Source: a candidate division FCPU426 bacterium (GTDB lineage: Bacteria > Oederibacteriota > Muellerivitia > Muellerivitales > Muellerivitaceae). From it: 64,000 bases of DNA. The notes below the pieces were generated by a model. The model searched no databases. It worked only from the letters and a program-made list of their open reading frames with translations, and was not told the DNA's origin. Position 1 is the first letter of the stretch. Every line of letters begins with the position of its first letter. Made by a program: the position numbers and the translations under genes. The DNA lies in assembly GCA_963738405.1 (NCBI GenBank), contig CAVTWJ010000023.1:320001-384000 (forward strand), written 5' to 3'. Below, in pieces: positions 42,374 through 51,553 of this stretch.

Positions 42374-43909
42374 ATGAAAACCGCCGTTCTCTACCCCCCC
42401 TTCCGCAAAGACGGGGAGCTTCCCCTCTTAACCCAAAACCGCCATTTAAAGTTCTCCAAGACCCTCGAAGTTCGCATTTTTCCCTTGGTGCCCGGCCACT
42501 TGGCCACCAACTTGAAGCACTTAGGCCACGAGGTTCTTTGGCTAGACGGCATCAACCGTCGCATGTCGGACGAAGAATTCGAGAAGTATCTGGACGATTT
42601 CAAACCCGAGATCGTCTTTTTGGAAACCAAAGCTCCTGTGGTCAAGCGCCATTGGGCTTATATCGCCGAACTCAAGACCCGCTACCCCGAAATGAAAATC
42701 GTGCTCATGGGCGACCATGTCACCTATTTCCCCGCTGAATCCATCGAGAATTCAAAAGTCGATTACGTTATCACCGGCGGGGATTACGACATCGTGGGCC
42801 GAAACCTGGTCCAGCATCTTTCCGGCAAGGAACCCCTGGGGCCCGGCCTCTGGTTTAGGGACACCGAAGGCAAACCCGCCACCACTGGTCCCCACAAGCT
42901 CATGGACGCCCTGGATACACTACCTTTCATCGACCGCGTTTTGACCCGCTACCGGGACTACGGCGAGGCCTATCTGCTCCGTCCCACCGCCTATATCCTC
43001 ACCGGCCGAGGCTGTGGAGCCTCCGAACATTCGCCCGGCGGTGTCGGCCTCTGCACCTTCTGCATCTGGCAGCACGCCCTCTGGGGCAAAACCGCGCGCC
43101 TTCGTTCGCCCAAAAACGTGGCGGAAGAAATGGAAATCTGTATCAACGAGCACGGGGTTTGGGAATTTTTCGACGACAACGAATCGGGCCCCATCTACAA
43201 CATCGAATGGCTGAAGGAATTTTATAAAGAACTCACCGCCCGCAAACTCTTGGGCCGGTTCCAGTTCTCCTCCAACTGCCGGGCCGACACTTTGAATGAA
43301 GAAGTGGTGGATCTCTTGGTCAAATGCGGCTGGCGCCTTTTGAAGATCGGCCTGGAATCGGGCTCCGACTACACCATCAAGCACTTGGCCAAATGCGAAA
43401 CCGTGGATCTCATCAGCAACGGGGTCAAGATGGCCAAGGACCGCGGCTTGAAAGTGCTCCTGACCACCATGATGGGCTACCCCTGGGAAACCGAAGAAGA
43501 CGTACGCAAGACCTACGAAGTCACGAGGGAGCTTTTATATTACAAAGTCCGCGCCGGAGATTGCATGCAAGCCTCGGTCGTGGTGGCTTACCCGGGCTCG
43601 CCGCTTTGGCGGGAATCGGTCAACAAGGGCTGGCTCTTGATAGGGGAGAAGGATTACGAAAAGTACGACATGAGCCATCCAATATTAAAGTCGCCGGTGA
43701 ACGCGAGCGAATGGGCGACCAAGACGTGGAATCTGATGAAGCACCCTAAATTTGTATTTGGCCAGTTATTAACGGTTCGTTCCTTCAGGGAACTAAATCT
43801 ATTATGGCGGGGATTGCAGTCCTTGCTGGGACACGTTCAAGATTATGGTGATCCCTTGCCGGAAAGCGCAGATCCTTATGCCACGCCCCAAGCCGCAGCG
43901 TCCCACTGA
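42374..43909 (+). CDS. B12-binding radical SAM protein with a non-canonical Cx12Cx2C motif
   Basis: N-terminal cobalamin-binding-like domain; GRGC-GASEHSPGGVGL-CTFC; GLESGS. Confidence 0.8.
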   Translation: MKTAVLYPPFRKDGELPLLTQNRHLKFSKTLEVRIFPLVPGHLATNLKHLGHEVLWLDGINRRMSDEEFEKYLDDFKPEIVFLETKAPVVKRHWAYIAELKTRYPEMKIVLMGDHVTYFPAESIENSKVDYVITGGDYDIVGRNLVQHLSGKEPLGPGLWFRDTEGKPATTGPHKLMDALDTLPFIDRVLTRYRDYGEAYLLRPTAYILTGRGCGASEHSPGGVGLCTFCIWQHALWGKTARLRSPKNVAEEMEICINEHGVWEFFDDNESGPIYNIEWLKEFYKELTARKLLGRFQFSSNCRADTLNEEVVDLLVKCGWRLLKIGLESGSDYTIKHLAKCETVDLISNGVKMAKDRGLKVLLTTMMGYPWETEEDVRKTYEVTRELLYYKVRAGDCMQASVVVAYPGSPLWRESVNKGWLLIGEKDYEKYDMSHPILKSPVNASEWATKTWNLMKHPKFVFGQLLTVRSFRELNLLWRGLQSLLGHVQDYGDPLPESADPYATPQAAASH

Positions 43910-44534
43910 AGTCAAAGCCGCCCCGGCAGTTCCCCCTAAGGACGCCACCCCCACCTGGAAGGTTGCGACCGCCCTGGGACTTTTGGGCTTCTGCCTGCTG
44001 GTTTTGTTCCTCTTTTCAAGCGGCATCCTGAGGGACCTCTTTGCCGGCCCCAAGGTTCCCCTTCCACGCCAGGTGGCGCAGGTTTCCCTGGGCCAGACCC
44101 TGGACGAGCTCCAACCTCATTTCACCGGCTTGAAGAAACTGCTTCGGCCCTACAACAACGATCCCGATTTCCAGATCGCCACCCTCACTTCCCAAAACGG
44201 CCTCACAGGGGCCACCAAGGCTGACTTTATCTTTTTTCATAATCAGCTTTACTTCATTTCCGCCGAATGGGACGGGGCCACCCCCAAGACCCTTCCCATC
44301 GAGGATTGGGCCCATCAATTCCGTCGCTGGAACAAGGCCGGCAACACCCAAAACGAGAAATTGAACAACCAGGTGAACCTAAAGGAATGGCATTTCGCCG
44401 ACGGCGCCACCGAGATGACCTTGATGGACCTCGACTACCCCGGCAATATTCAAATGCTCCAACAGCTTCGCGACGCCTCCAATTCACCCGCCCAGGCGGC
44501 CTTTGCCAAATACCGCTTAGAGACCGACGGCTGA
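43878..44534 (+). CDS. Hypothetical single-TM membrane-anchored protein
   Basis: One hydrophobic helix near the N-terminus; host-like codon usage. Confidence 0.65.
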   Translation: MPRPKPQRPTEVKAAPAVPPKDATPTWKVATALGLLGFCLLVLFLFSSGILRDLFAGPKVPLPRQVAQVSLGQTLDELQPHFTGLKKLLRPYNNDPDFQIATLTSQNGLTGATKADFIFFHNQLYFISAEWDGATPKTLPIEDWAHQFRRWNKAGNTQNEKLNNQVNLKEWHFADGATEMTLMDLDYPGNIQMLQQLRDASNSPAQAAFAKYRLETDG

Positions 44535-44602
44535 CCATTATTTACAGGTCTTGAGATTCCAGGTACCGCAACGTAAGCTTTATCCACTAGGGGAGAAACC
44601 AC

Positions 44603-46081
44603 ATGGCTGAAAATTTAAAGGTCCTTTTGGTCAATCCCCCCCGCGTCAAGGGCATGCCGGTTGTACGCGAGGAACGCTACGAGCACCGCGACGTGGGCTC
44701 GGTATATCCTCCCCTTTCCATCCTTCAAGGCGCCGCATCCCTCAGACAAGCCGGATACGACGTTCAGGTTTTGGATTGCAACGGTTTTGACCTGCGGCTG
44801 GAAGAAGTAGGCCGGGCCCTTAGCTCTTGGCAGCCCCATCTGGTCGCGGCCCGCATGGCCTTTGACTGCCAGGAAGAAGACTTGAAAGTTCTCCAGATCG
44901 CCAAGGCCGCCGTCCCCAATTGCGTCACCGCCATCCGCAACAAAATGATTTCCGAGGTTCCCTGGCTGTTGGAAGAAATAGTCAAGCGGCCTGAGGTGGA
45001 CTTGTACATCATGTCCGAATTGGACGTGGTTCTTCCCGCCCTGGCCCAAGTGATGCAATCGGCCCTTTCCGAAAAGGGCGAGTTGCCCGCCTATTCTTCC
45101 GAATGGTTCTCAGGCGTGTCCGGGCTGGCCTACCGGGGCAAGAACGGCTTTTCCAAAACCCTCCAAGCTCCTCTGATGCAGGTAGAGGACGCTCCCTTCC
45201 CGGCTTACGACCTTCTGCCTTCGGTCGAGCCCTATCACACGGGCGTCTTTGCCGATCACTTCGCCATGATCCAAACTTCCCGGGGTTGTCCCTTCGGCTG
45301 TACCTTTTGCGCCTACGCCCTGGAAAAATACCGCCCCCGCCCCCATCAGCACGTGGCTGACGAGTTGAAGTGGCTGAAAAAACAGTTCGGGGTTAAGAAC
45401 GTTCTTTTCTTCGACGATCTCTTAGCCCTTAATTCGGACCGCACCGCCGACCTGGCCGAGCAGTTGATTAAGGATGAAGTGAACATGCAGTGGGTTTGCT
45501 GTACCCGCGCCAACCTGACGGATGTGCCATCCCTCAAAAAAATGCGGCAGTCCGGATGCAAGGAACTGGCTGTGGGAATTGAGAGCGGGTCCGATGTGAT
45601 TCTCAACAACATCAACAAGGGCGTTTCAAAGGACGACATCCGCGCCTGCGCCAGCGCCTGCAAGGAAGCGGACATTCTCTTTTACGGCATGACCATCTGC
45701 GGGCTTCCCGGCGAGACCGAGGAAACCTGGCGTGAAACCATCAACTTCATCAAGGAAATCGATCCCTTCTATACCCAGTTCTGCTTCTCGACTCCCTTCC
45801 CCAACACCGAGATGTACACTTGGTACGAGGAAAAGAAATGCCTCAACCATAAGGATTGGAGCCAATATTCACCTCTCGCGCCCCAGCCTGTCGTGCGGAC
45901 CGAAGCCCTGACCTCGCAGGATTTGATCCGCCTGCGCCAGCAAGCCTACCGGGAAGTGCTTTTCCGCCCCAAGTACCTGCTCTCCAAAATCCGTTTAAAC
46001 GACCCCCTTTGGACCCTCAAGGGTGGTTGGGAAGTCGCCAAACGCGGCGCAGCCGTCTTGGCCGGCCACGACGTCCGTTAA
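44603..46081 (+). CDS. B12-binding radical SAM protein
   Basis: LLVNPP, YPPL, TSRGCPFGCTFC, GIESGS, GLPGET. Confidence 0.9.
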   Translation: MAENLKVLLVNPPRVKGMPVVREERYEHRDVGSVYPPLSILQGAASLRQAGYDVQVLDCNGFDLRLEEVGRALSSWQPHLVAARMAFDCQEEDLKVLQIAKAAVPNCVTAIRNKMISEVPWLLEEIVKRPEVDLYIMSELDVVLPALAQVMQSALSEKGELPAYSSEWFSGVSGLAYRGKNGFSKTLQAPLMQVEDAPFPAYDLLPSVEPYHTGVFADHFAMIQTSRGCPFGCTFCAYALEKYRPRPHQHVADELKWLKKQFGVKNVLFFDDLLALNSDRTADLAEQLIKDEVNMQWVCCTRANLTDVPSLKKMRQSGCKELAVGIESGSDVILNNINKGVSKDDIRACASACKEADILFYGMTICGLPGETEETWRETINFIKEIDPFYTQFCFSTPFPNTEMYTWYEEKKCLNHKDWSQYSPLAPQPVVRTEALTSQDLIRLRQQAYREVLFRPKYLLSKIRLNDPLWTLKGGWEVAKRGAAVLAGHDVR

Positions 46082-46192
46082 AAACACACCCGCCGAAATA
46101 AATCCAATTCACTCAGACCCAAAGGTCTAAAATAGTCCTGTCGCTGAAGTTACCTTTCCCACCCTCTCCTAAATCCCACCAGGAGGCTTTTC

Positions 46193-46477
46193 ATGGCAAC
46201 CTTTTTCATGTTCGGAAAATACACCCCTGAATCTTTAAAACAAGTCAGCGAAGTCCGCACCACCAAGGTCTTGCACCAAATTAAAAAACTGGGGGGCCGG
46301 GTGAAGGATGTTTACGCCCTGCTTGGAAGATTTGACTTGGTTCTGATTGTGGATTTGCCAAGCGTTGAATCGGCCATGAAAGCTTCTTTAATCTTGAGCC
46401 GCCTAACGGGGATTGGGTTCACCTCTTCGCCCGCCATCAAGGTCGAGGAATTCGACAAGCTGGCCACGGCACTGTAG
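46193..46477 (+). CDS. GYD-domain small protein
   Basis: 94 aa with LGGRVK..Y..LGRFDLV; AGGAGG RBS. Confidence 0.8.
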   Translation: MATFFMFGKYTPESLKQVSEVRTTKVLHQIKKLGGRVKDVYALLGRFDLVLIVDLPSVESAMKASLILSRLTGIGFTSSPAIKVEEFDKLATAL

Positions 46478-46560
46478 AGGTCCGCCGGCACTTTACGACT
46501 TCACCGACTATTAAGTGTTAAATGTTGGCTTGGTCCTGTTTTTATTTCGCCTTAATTTCT

Positions 46561-47304
46561 TTACCTTTGCCAGGGCCTTTTGAGCCGATGGATTGGTTTG
46601 CAGGTCAATGTTTGCAGTACGACACTTCCACCGTTTCTCATTGTGAGTCTGAATCCTTGAATACCATTCAGTACCGGGTGACTCTGGACGACGATATGGA
46701 ATTCATATCCAGCGCCACGAAACGTAATTAGATTATTTCCGGTTGATCTCTGTCGATATGGTTGGGAAACGACCGCACGAAAGCGGTCATTTGGATTGAT
46801 TTTATAAATAAGGATGGGGTAAGTCGCTTCGTCCAGAAGAGCATCATCAAAATACATTCCCCGTAATTTCCGGTAATGTTTTTCGCCCAACAACGATGAT
46901 TCTTCACCGGTTTCCGCCAAATGACCACGAAGCATGACGCTGAAAACAAAATTTTGCATTTTCTTGAAATCTATCAACGTTAGGACAATGCCTGGCTGGT
47001 CGCCGTGCTGGGTCATAACCATACCTATTTTTTCATCTGCGATATTTTTCACTGTGGAATCAGCGGGCTTTTTTCCTAAAACAAGACTTGCAAACCGATC
47101 ATCTTTCGCAAAACGTTCCTCACAAGTCCAACAAATGATCGATTTCTTGTAACCACTTTGAGTTATTTTTAGGCTTTGTTGTTTGGGGTCGTAGGTGTAA
47201 TGCGCCTTATTTTTCCCAAATGCAATCTTATGCATCCACTCAGGAATGACGTGGCTATTCGGATGGAATTTCGGTACATCCTGTTCGCAAAACGGACACC
47301 TCAT
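46561..47304 (-). CDS. Putative HNH-like (His-Me finger) zinc-binding protein
   Basis: CPFC...SHVIPEW...CWTCE pattern; AT-rich DNA. Confidence 0.6.
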   Translation of the reverse strand: MRCPFCEQDVPKFHPNSHVIPEWMHKIAFGKNKAHYTYDPKQQSLKITQSGYKKSIICWTCEERFAKDDRFASLVLGKKPADSTVKNIADEKIGMVMTQHGDQPGIVLTLIDFKKMQNFVFSVMLRGHLAETGEESSLLGEKHYRKLRGMYFDDALLDEATYPILIYKINPNDRFRAVVSQPYRQRSTGNNLITFRGAGYEFHIVVQSHPVLNGIQGFRLTMRNGGSVVLQTLTCKPIHRLKRPWQR

Positions 47305-47420
47305 TACTAACTCCAGAAAACAAATGAATCATTTAACATTCAATCCGCCCCACACTCTACGACTTCAGCAACTTTTAAGTGTTATATGTTGGCCGGGCCC
47401 TGTTTCTATGTCATTTATTT

Positions 47421-47669
47421 TCATTTCATTTGATCTATCTCAGCTTGAATACCTGCTCTATCTACATGTTCCAGGTGTTGAATAAATTTCTCAAGGGACG
47501 CTAAGTCTTTTTTCACAAGCTTGAAAGTCGGCTTGGGTTCTTCCATTTTTTTGCCAAAGGTTAGAAAGCCGCCTGAACTGGCAGCCCCTGCCACCTGTGT
47601 AATGATTCCCTCTTTTAATAATTCTCCTGGATCGTTGACGTGATACGACATATCCAAAAACGAACTCAT
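47421..47669 (-). CDS. Small hypothetical protein (82 aa)
   Basis: ATG 47669 preceded by AGGAG; reads MSSFLDMSYHVNDPG... Confidence 0.55.
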   Translation of the reverse strand: MSSFLDMSYHVNDPGELLKEGIITQVAGAASSGGFLTFGKKMEEPKPTFKLVKKDLASLEKFIQHLEHVDRAGIQAEIDQMK

Positions 47670-47849
47670 CTTCCTTCTCCTTCTGCGCGCAAGAATGAAC
47701 AACAAACAAAAAGTAAGGTGCTTCGTCCATCCCTTCAATACTTCGGGGGATAAAACACCTGTCAAAAGAAGGAAAAATTTTACTTAGTTTTCACCTAGAA
47801 ACGCCAAAAGACAGAATATCTACCCAATTGTATGTATTGTAGAGGCGGT

Positions 47850-48869
47850 TTATGGAATTCTTGACCGAATATAACTCTCTGAAAGAGGTTCTGTATATTT
47901 TATCTTTACCAGCTTTACTTTATTCCTTTTACATAACTTTTCTTTTCGCTTGTCACGGTCCTTCAATTTAATAAATGCTTTCTCGCCGCCCCAGATAGAT
48001 ATTGGATGATAGTGTTGTTGTCCTTGATACTCAAAAGCCAAGTGTTGATGCGGCACATAAACGTCAAGTTCCAATCTCTCAAGCCATTCAGGGCGATAAT
48101 GAAAAATTACATCTTCTCCTTTGAAGATTTGTCTGATTATCTGAAAAAGCAATGTTTCGGAAACCCAGGCCTCCCCTACGCGTTTAAACCCAAACTCTGT
48201 CCGAACTTCATTTTCAATGAGCCTTGTAAGATTTCGGGTTGCACGTGTGTTATTGCGGCTTAGCTGTTTTTGTTCTTTCAGCAATTCTTCACGTTCACTT
48301 GGAGGTTTTAAGGCATACCCCCTCATCTTTACAGTGTGCTCAAACAATGGTTCGCGGTGTTTTTTCAATTCTGCTATCAATTTTTGGTATTCGGGAGGAC
48401 AAACGTCTGGAAGAAAATTGTATGTCGTGCGTTTTATTCCGAAGCGAAAAAAAGTTTGGTTAATGTACCATCCGAAATTTTGAACGAAATCACCGCCGTA
48501 CATGGGATGGCAATAAATCAATGTCGGTGGCTGTAAATTGCAACGGTGACACAAACCCTCTTTGAAATTAAATAGTGAGATTGGATCTTTTGGATTTTTC
48601 ATGGAAAGCTCAGCTAATTTGGTAGGAAAGTCATAGCTGTCAAGGGGTGCCATTCGCAACGGATAAGCATTTAAGGTTTTTTTCACGGAACGCAGGCGAA
48701 CGTAATGGTCAATCGGCGACTTGGAACACGAGCAAAGAAATATATTTCCGTCATGTGAATTTGAAAAAGCAAAAAAAGTGCCGTAATGGTTCGGATAGTG
48801 AACCATTGGGAGTGGGAGCGATTCTTGGTAAATTCCGCCTAGTGAAACTGCTCGTTTCAGTTTTCGCAT
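47850..48869 (-). CDS. Cys-rich protein with a C-terminal PD-(D/E)XK-like (DUF559/Vsr-like) nuclease domain
   Basis: C-terminus SETLL...LELDVYVP...AFEYQGQQHY...RDKRKEKLC...LVKI; N-terminus CSC, CHRC, YCHP. Confidence 0.7.
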   Translation of the reverse strand: MRKLKRAVSLGGIYQESLPLPMVHYPNHYGTFFAFSNSHDGNIFLCSCSKSPIDHYVRLRSVKKTLNAYPLRMAPLDSYDFPTKLAELSMKNPKDPISLFNFKEGLCHRCNLQPPTLIYCHPMYGGDFVQNFGWYINQTFFRFGIKRTTYNFLPDVCPPEYQKLIAELKKHREPLFEHTVKMRGYALKPPSEREELLKEQKQLSRNNTRATRNLTRLIENEVRTEFGFKRVGEAWVSETLLFQIIRQIFKGEDVIFHYRPEWLERLELDVYVPHQHLAFEYQGQQHYHPISIWGGEKAFIKLKDRDKRKEKLCKRNKVKLVKIKYTEPLSESYIRSRIP

Positions 48870-48976
48870 GTTAGATATGGCTTTCCACCATTCAATTTAT
48901 CCAGCCAGCCCTGGGGGGCTTCAGGATTGAATTTAGCCAAGATTTCCCCCTTAGTTGATGAGCGAGAAAGGGTCTT

Positions 48977-49370
48977 GTTCACCGGAAATCGGGTTTAGTT
49001 TACTTAAATGGGGAAAAATTTCACCGGAAACACCGTATCCTTCACCGGAAATTCTGGCTGTTTACCAGGCAGTGCGTAGTTCTTCACCGGAAAACCGGTC
49101 TTGTTCACTAGAAATACCTTACTTTCACCGGGTAAGGGGTGCTGTGGTTCACTGGAAAACGCATGCGTTCAACGGAAATAGGGCGGCCGTTCAATGGAAA
49201 TTCCATGGGTGTTCAACGGAAAATGGAACTCGTTCAATGGAAACTTCGGCCTGTTCAACGGAAATTTTGGCTTGTTCAATGGAAATGGTGTAGGCGTTCA
49301 ATGGGAAATCGCCCGTGTTCAATGGAAATACCGTAACCTTCAATGGAAAATCGGGCCTGTTGACTGGAAA
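48977..49370. repeat. Array of about 19 units: 11-bp core TTCAMYGGAAA plus 9-13-bp variable spacer, period ~21 bp
   Basis: Cores start at 48978, (48999), 49020, 49041, (49061), 49083, 49104, 49124, 49148, 49168, 49190, 49212, 49233, 49254, 49275, 49297, 49318, 49339, 49360; brackets mark degenerate copies. Confidence 0.92.
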
Positions 49371-49499
49371 CGGGGATATGCCATTCGCCTATATCCACTC
49401 AAGCGGAGAAGGGGAAAATCCACTTAAATCCCACCCCAAAGAACCTCTTTCCCATGTGGCCCGGAAGCCCCTTCTTTAATACAATCATCCCGCTAAACC

Positions 49500-50591
49500 A
49501 TGAAACCACCCAAATCCACCCCCCCACGCCGGTACTTGATCCTTTCCGCCAAGGGCTGGGGCACAGGTAGTGCCCTAAGGGCCTACTACATCGCCGAAGC
49601 CTTGAGGCAAAAGGGCCATACCGTCCACTTTCCCCCGCCGCTCCCCACCCTGCCCGGCTGGATCGACATGGCCCTTTCGAGCCTTTATTACCTCCTCTAT
49701 TCCCTTTTCGTCAAAACCGACCTGGCTTTCTGTGTCAAACCCTACCCCATGGCGGTGCCCGCCCTTTGGGTTCAACGCCTCAAGGGTGCAAAGGTAATCT
49801 TCGACGTGGATGACCTGGATTACGCTTATAGCCGCGGCGTCTTTTTAACCTTCCACTGGTGGCTTCAAAGGCCCTGGCCCGATTGGGCCGATGGGGTGAC
49901 CTACCACAACCCCAAGCTAAAAGACGCGATCATGAGCGACTTCAAGGTTTCCTCTTCCAAAATCCGCCAGGTCCCCCAGGGCGTGGATGAATCCATCTTC
50001 AACACGCTTCCCATAAAGGAAGCCGACATACCGCCCGGCGTGGCGGATTGGGTAGCAAAACAAAAGGGACCCCTGCTTTGCTTCACGGCTCACCTAAACG
50101 TGGCTTGCGATTTGGGCCCGGCGCTCGAAGCTTTCAAACTTATATTGGAATCTTCACCCAAAGCCAGCCTCTTGATCGCAGGCGGTGGGCCGGATGAAAA
50201 CAAATTCCGTGACCAGGCCCATAGCCTGGGCATAGCGGGTTCCCTTTATTTCACCGGGCTCATCACGCCCCAACAGGTTGCGGCCTGTTTGAAACTTTCG
50301 GACGAAGTGCTGGTTTACTACGCCGACACCCCCGCCAACCGGCACCGTTCTTCCATGAAGCTTCGGGAAGCCCTGGCCTGTGGTGCTAAGGTGGTGGCCA
50401 CCCGGGTCGGCGAGGCTGCGGCCTTTAAAAAGGCGCTCTTTTTATCCCCGGCGGAACCCAAAGGCTTCGCTAAGGCCCTTTTGGGGGCCCTGAAGGCCAA
50501 AAAAACTTCCCGGCCAGGGGCTATACTGGTAAAAAAGTGGGGTTGGAAAACCTGTGTGGAACCCCTTGAAAAGGAATGGAATTCCCTCTAA
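49500..50591 (+). CDS. GT4-like glycosyltransferase
   Basis: FDVDD, PQGVD, SSMKLREALACG. Confidence 0.8.
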   Translation: MKPPKSTPPRRYLILSAKGWGTGSALRAYYIAEALRQKGHTVHFPPPLPTLPGWIDMALSSLYYLLYSLFVKTDLAFCVKPYPMAVPALWVQRLKGAKVIFDVDDLDYAYSRGVFLTFHWWLQRPWPDWADGVTYHNPKLKDAIMSDFKVSSSKIRQVPQGVDESIFNTLPIKEADIPPGVADWVAKQKGPLLCFTAHLNVACDLGPALEAFKLILESSPKASLLIAGGGPDENKFRDQAHSLGIAGSLYFTGLITPQQVAACLKLSDEVLVYYADTPANRHRSSMKLREALACGAKVVATRVGEAAAFKKALFLSPAEPKGFAKALLGALKAKKTSRPGAILVKKWGWKTCVEPLEKEWNSL

Positions 50592-51553
50592 TGCGACGCC
50601 TCAGTTCCTTCGCCTTCCTCTTAGGCCTGCTTCTTTTCGCCCTTCTCCTCAAAATGGTGGACCTGCCCGCCACCCTTCGCATTTTGGAATCGGCCAGCCC
50701 CTTTTGGGTGGGCATGTCTTTTCTTTTTATATTGCCCGAGATCATCTTCAAGGCCTTCCGCATTTCAGGGTTAGCCCGTGTTTTTCATTCGCACCTGACG
50801 GTGAAGGATTCGGTGCGCATCTACCTGGCGGGCCAACCCCTGGCATCCGTCACCCCCGCCAAGCTGGGAGACATTGTGAGGGTGCTGGGTATCAGCCGCT
50901 GGGGAAATTTGAGGTCCTATTCGGCCTTTGCCGTGCACGCGGCGGATAAGGTTTATGACCTGCTGGCCCTGGGGCTTCTGGCGGCCATTGGGTTGATTTC
51001 GCTGATCCTTCAAAACCAGCACCAGGCCCCCGCCGAGGCGGCCCTTTTAGGCATCGGCATCGGCATCCTTTTAATGGCGCTTGTCTTAAACCCCCAATGG
51101 ATGAGGCTGGTTCTAAAACCCCTATTGCTGATTTTGGCCCCGAAAAAGCTGGCCGAGCAGTTTTCCGCCCACGGCAAAGAATTTTATAAAGACCTGCACA
51201 GTCTCTTCATGCCCGCGAAACTGATCCTGCCCTCCAGCCTGTCATTGCTGGCTTGGGGCACCGTGCTGGTCCGGGCTTATTTTTGCGCCCTGGCCTTGGG
51301 GATTAACCTTTCCTTCTCCTCCATCGCCCTGCTGTTGCCCGTGGTGATCGTGATAGAATTCATCCCCGTCACCATTTTAGGCTTCGGAACCCGGGAGGCC
51401 GCCTTGTTCGTCTTTTTCACCTCGACCCAGGTGGATCGGTCGGGCCTTCTTTCTTTCTCGCTCATGATGGTTTTGGCCGGCCCCCTCTTTACATCGCTGG
51501 CGGGCATTCCCTTCGCCATGAAACTTTCCGCCCAGGTGAAGGACAAGCCATGA
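50591..51553 (+). CDS. Lysylphosphatidylglycerol synthase TM/UPF0104 flippase-like protein
   Basis: TPAKLGDIVR, DKVYD, PVTILGFGTREA. Confidence 0.85.
   Translation: MRRLSSFAFLLGLLLFALLLKMVDLPATLRILESASPFWVGMSFLFILPEIIFKAFRISGLARVFHSHLTVKDSVRIYLAGQPLASVTPAKLGDIVRVLGISRWGNLRSYSAFAVHAADKVYDLLALGLLAAIGLISLILQNQHQAPAEAALLGIGIGILLMALVLNPQWMRLVLKPLLLILAPKKLAEQFSAHGKEFYKDLHSLFMPAKLILPSSLSLLAWGTVLVRAYFCALALGINLSFSSIALLLPVVIVIEFIPVTILGFGTREAALFVFFTSTQVDRSGLLSFSLMMVLAGPLFTSLAGIPFAMKLSAQVKDKP

Noticed and set aside
47790..47801. TTCACCTAGAAA, a lone look-alike of the array core upstream of the 82-aa ORF
   Set aside because: It needs an insertion to match and is plausible by chance in AT-rich DNA.
48977..49370. 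Canonical CRISPR array
   Set aside because: The 11-12-bp repeat and ~10-bp spacers are far shorter than CRISPR units, and no cas gene is recognisable in the window.
48955..49427. Three overlapping plus-strand ORFs (112, 65 and 77 aa) across the array
   Set aside because: The core has no plus-strand stop codon, so frames stay open by chance. The repeat shifts between frames within the ORFs and there is no clear RBS.
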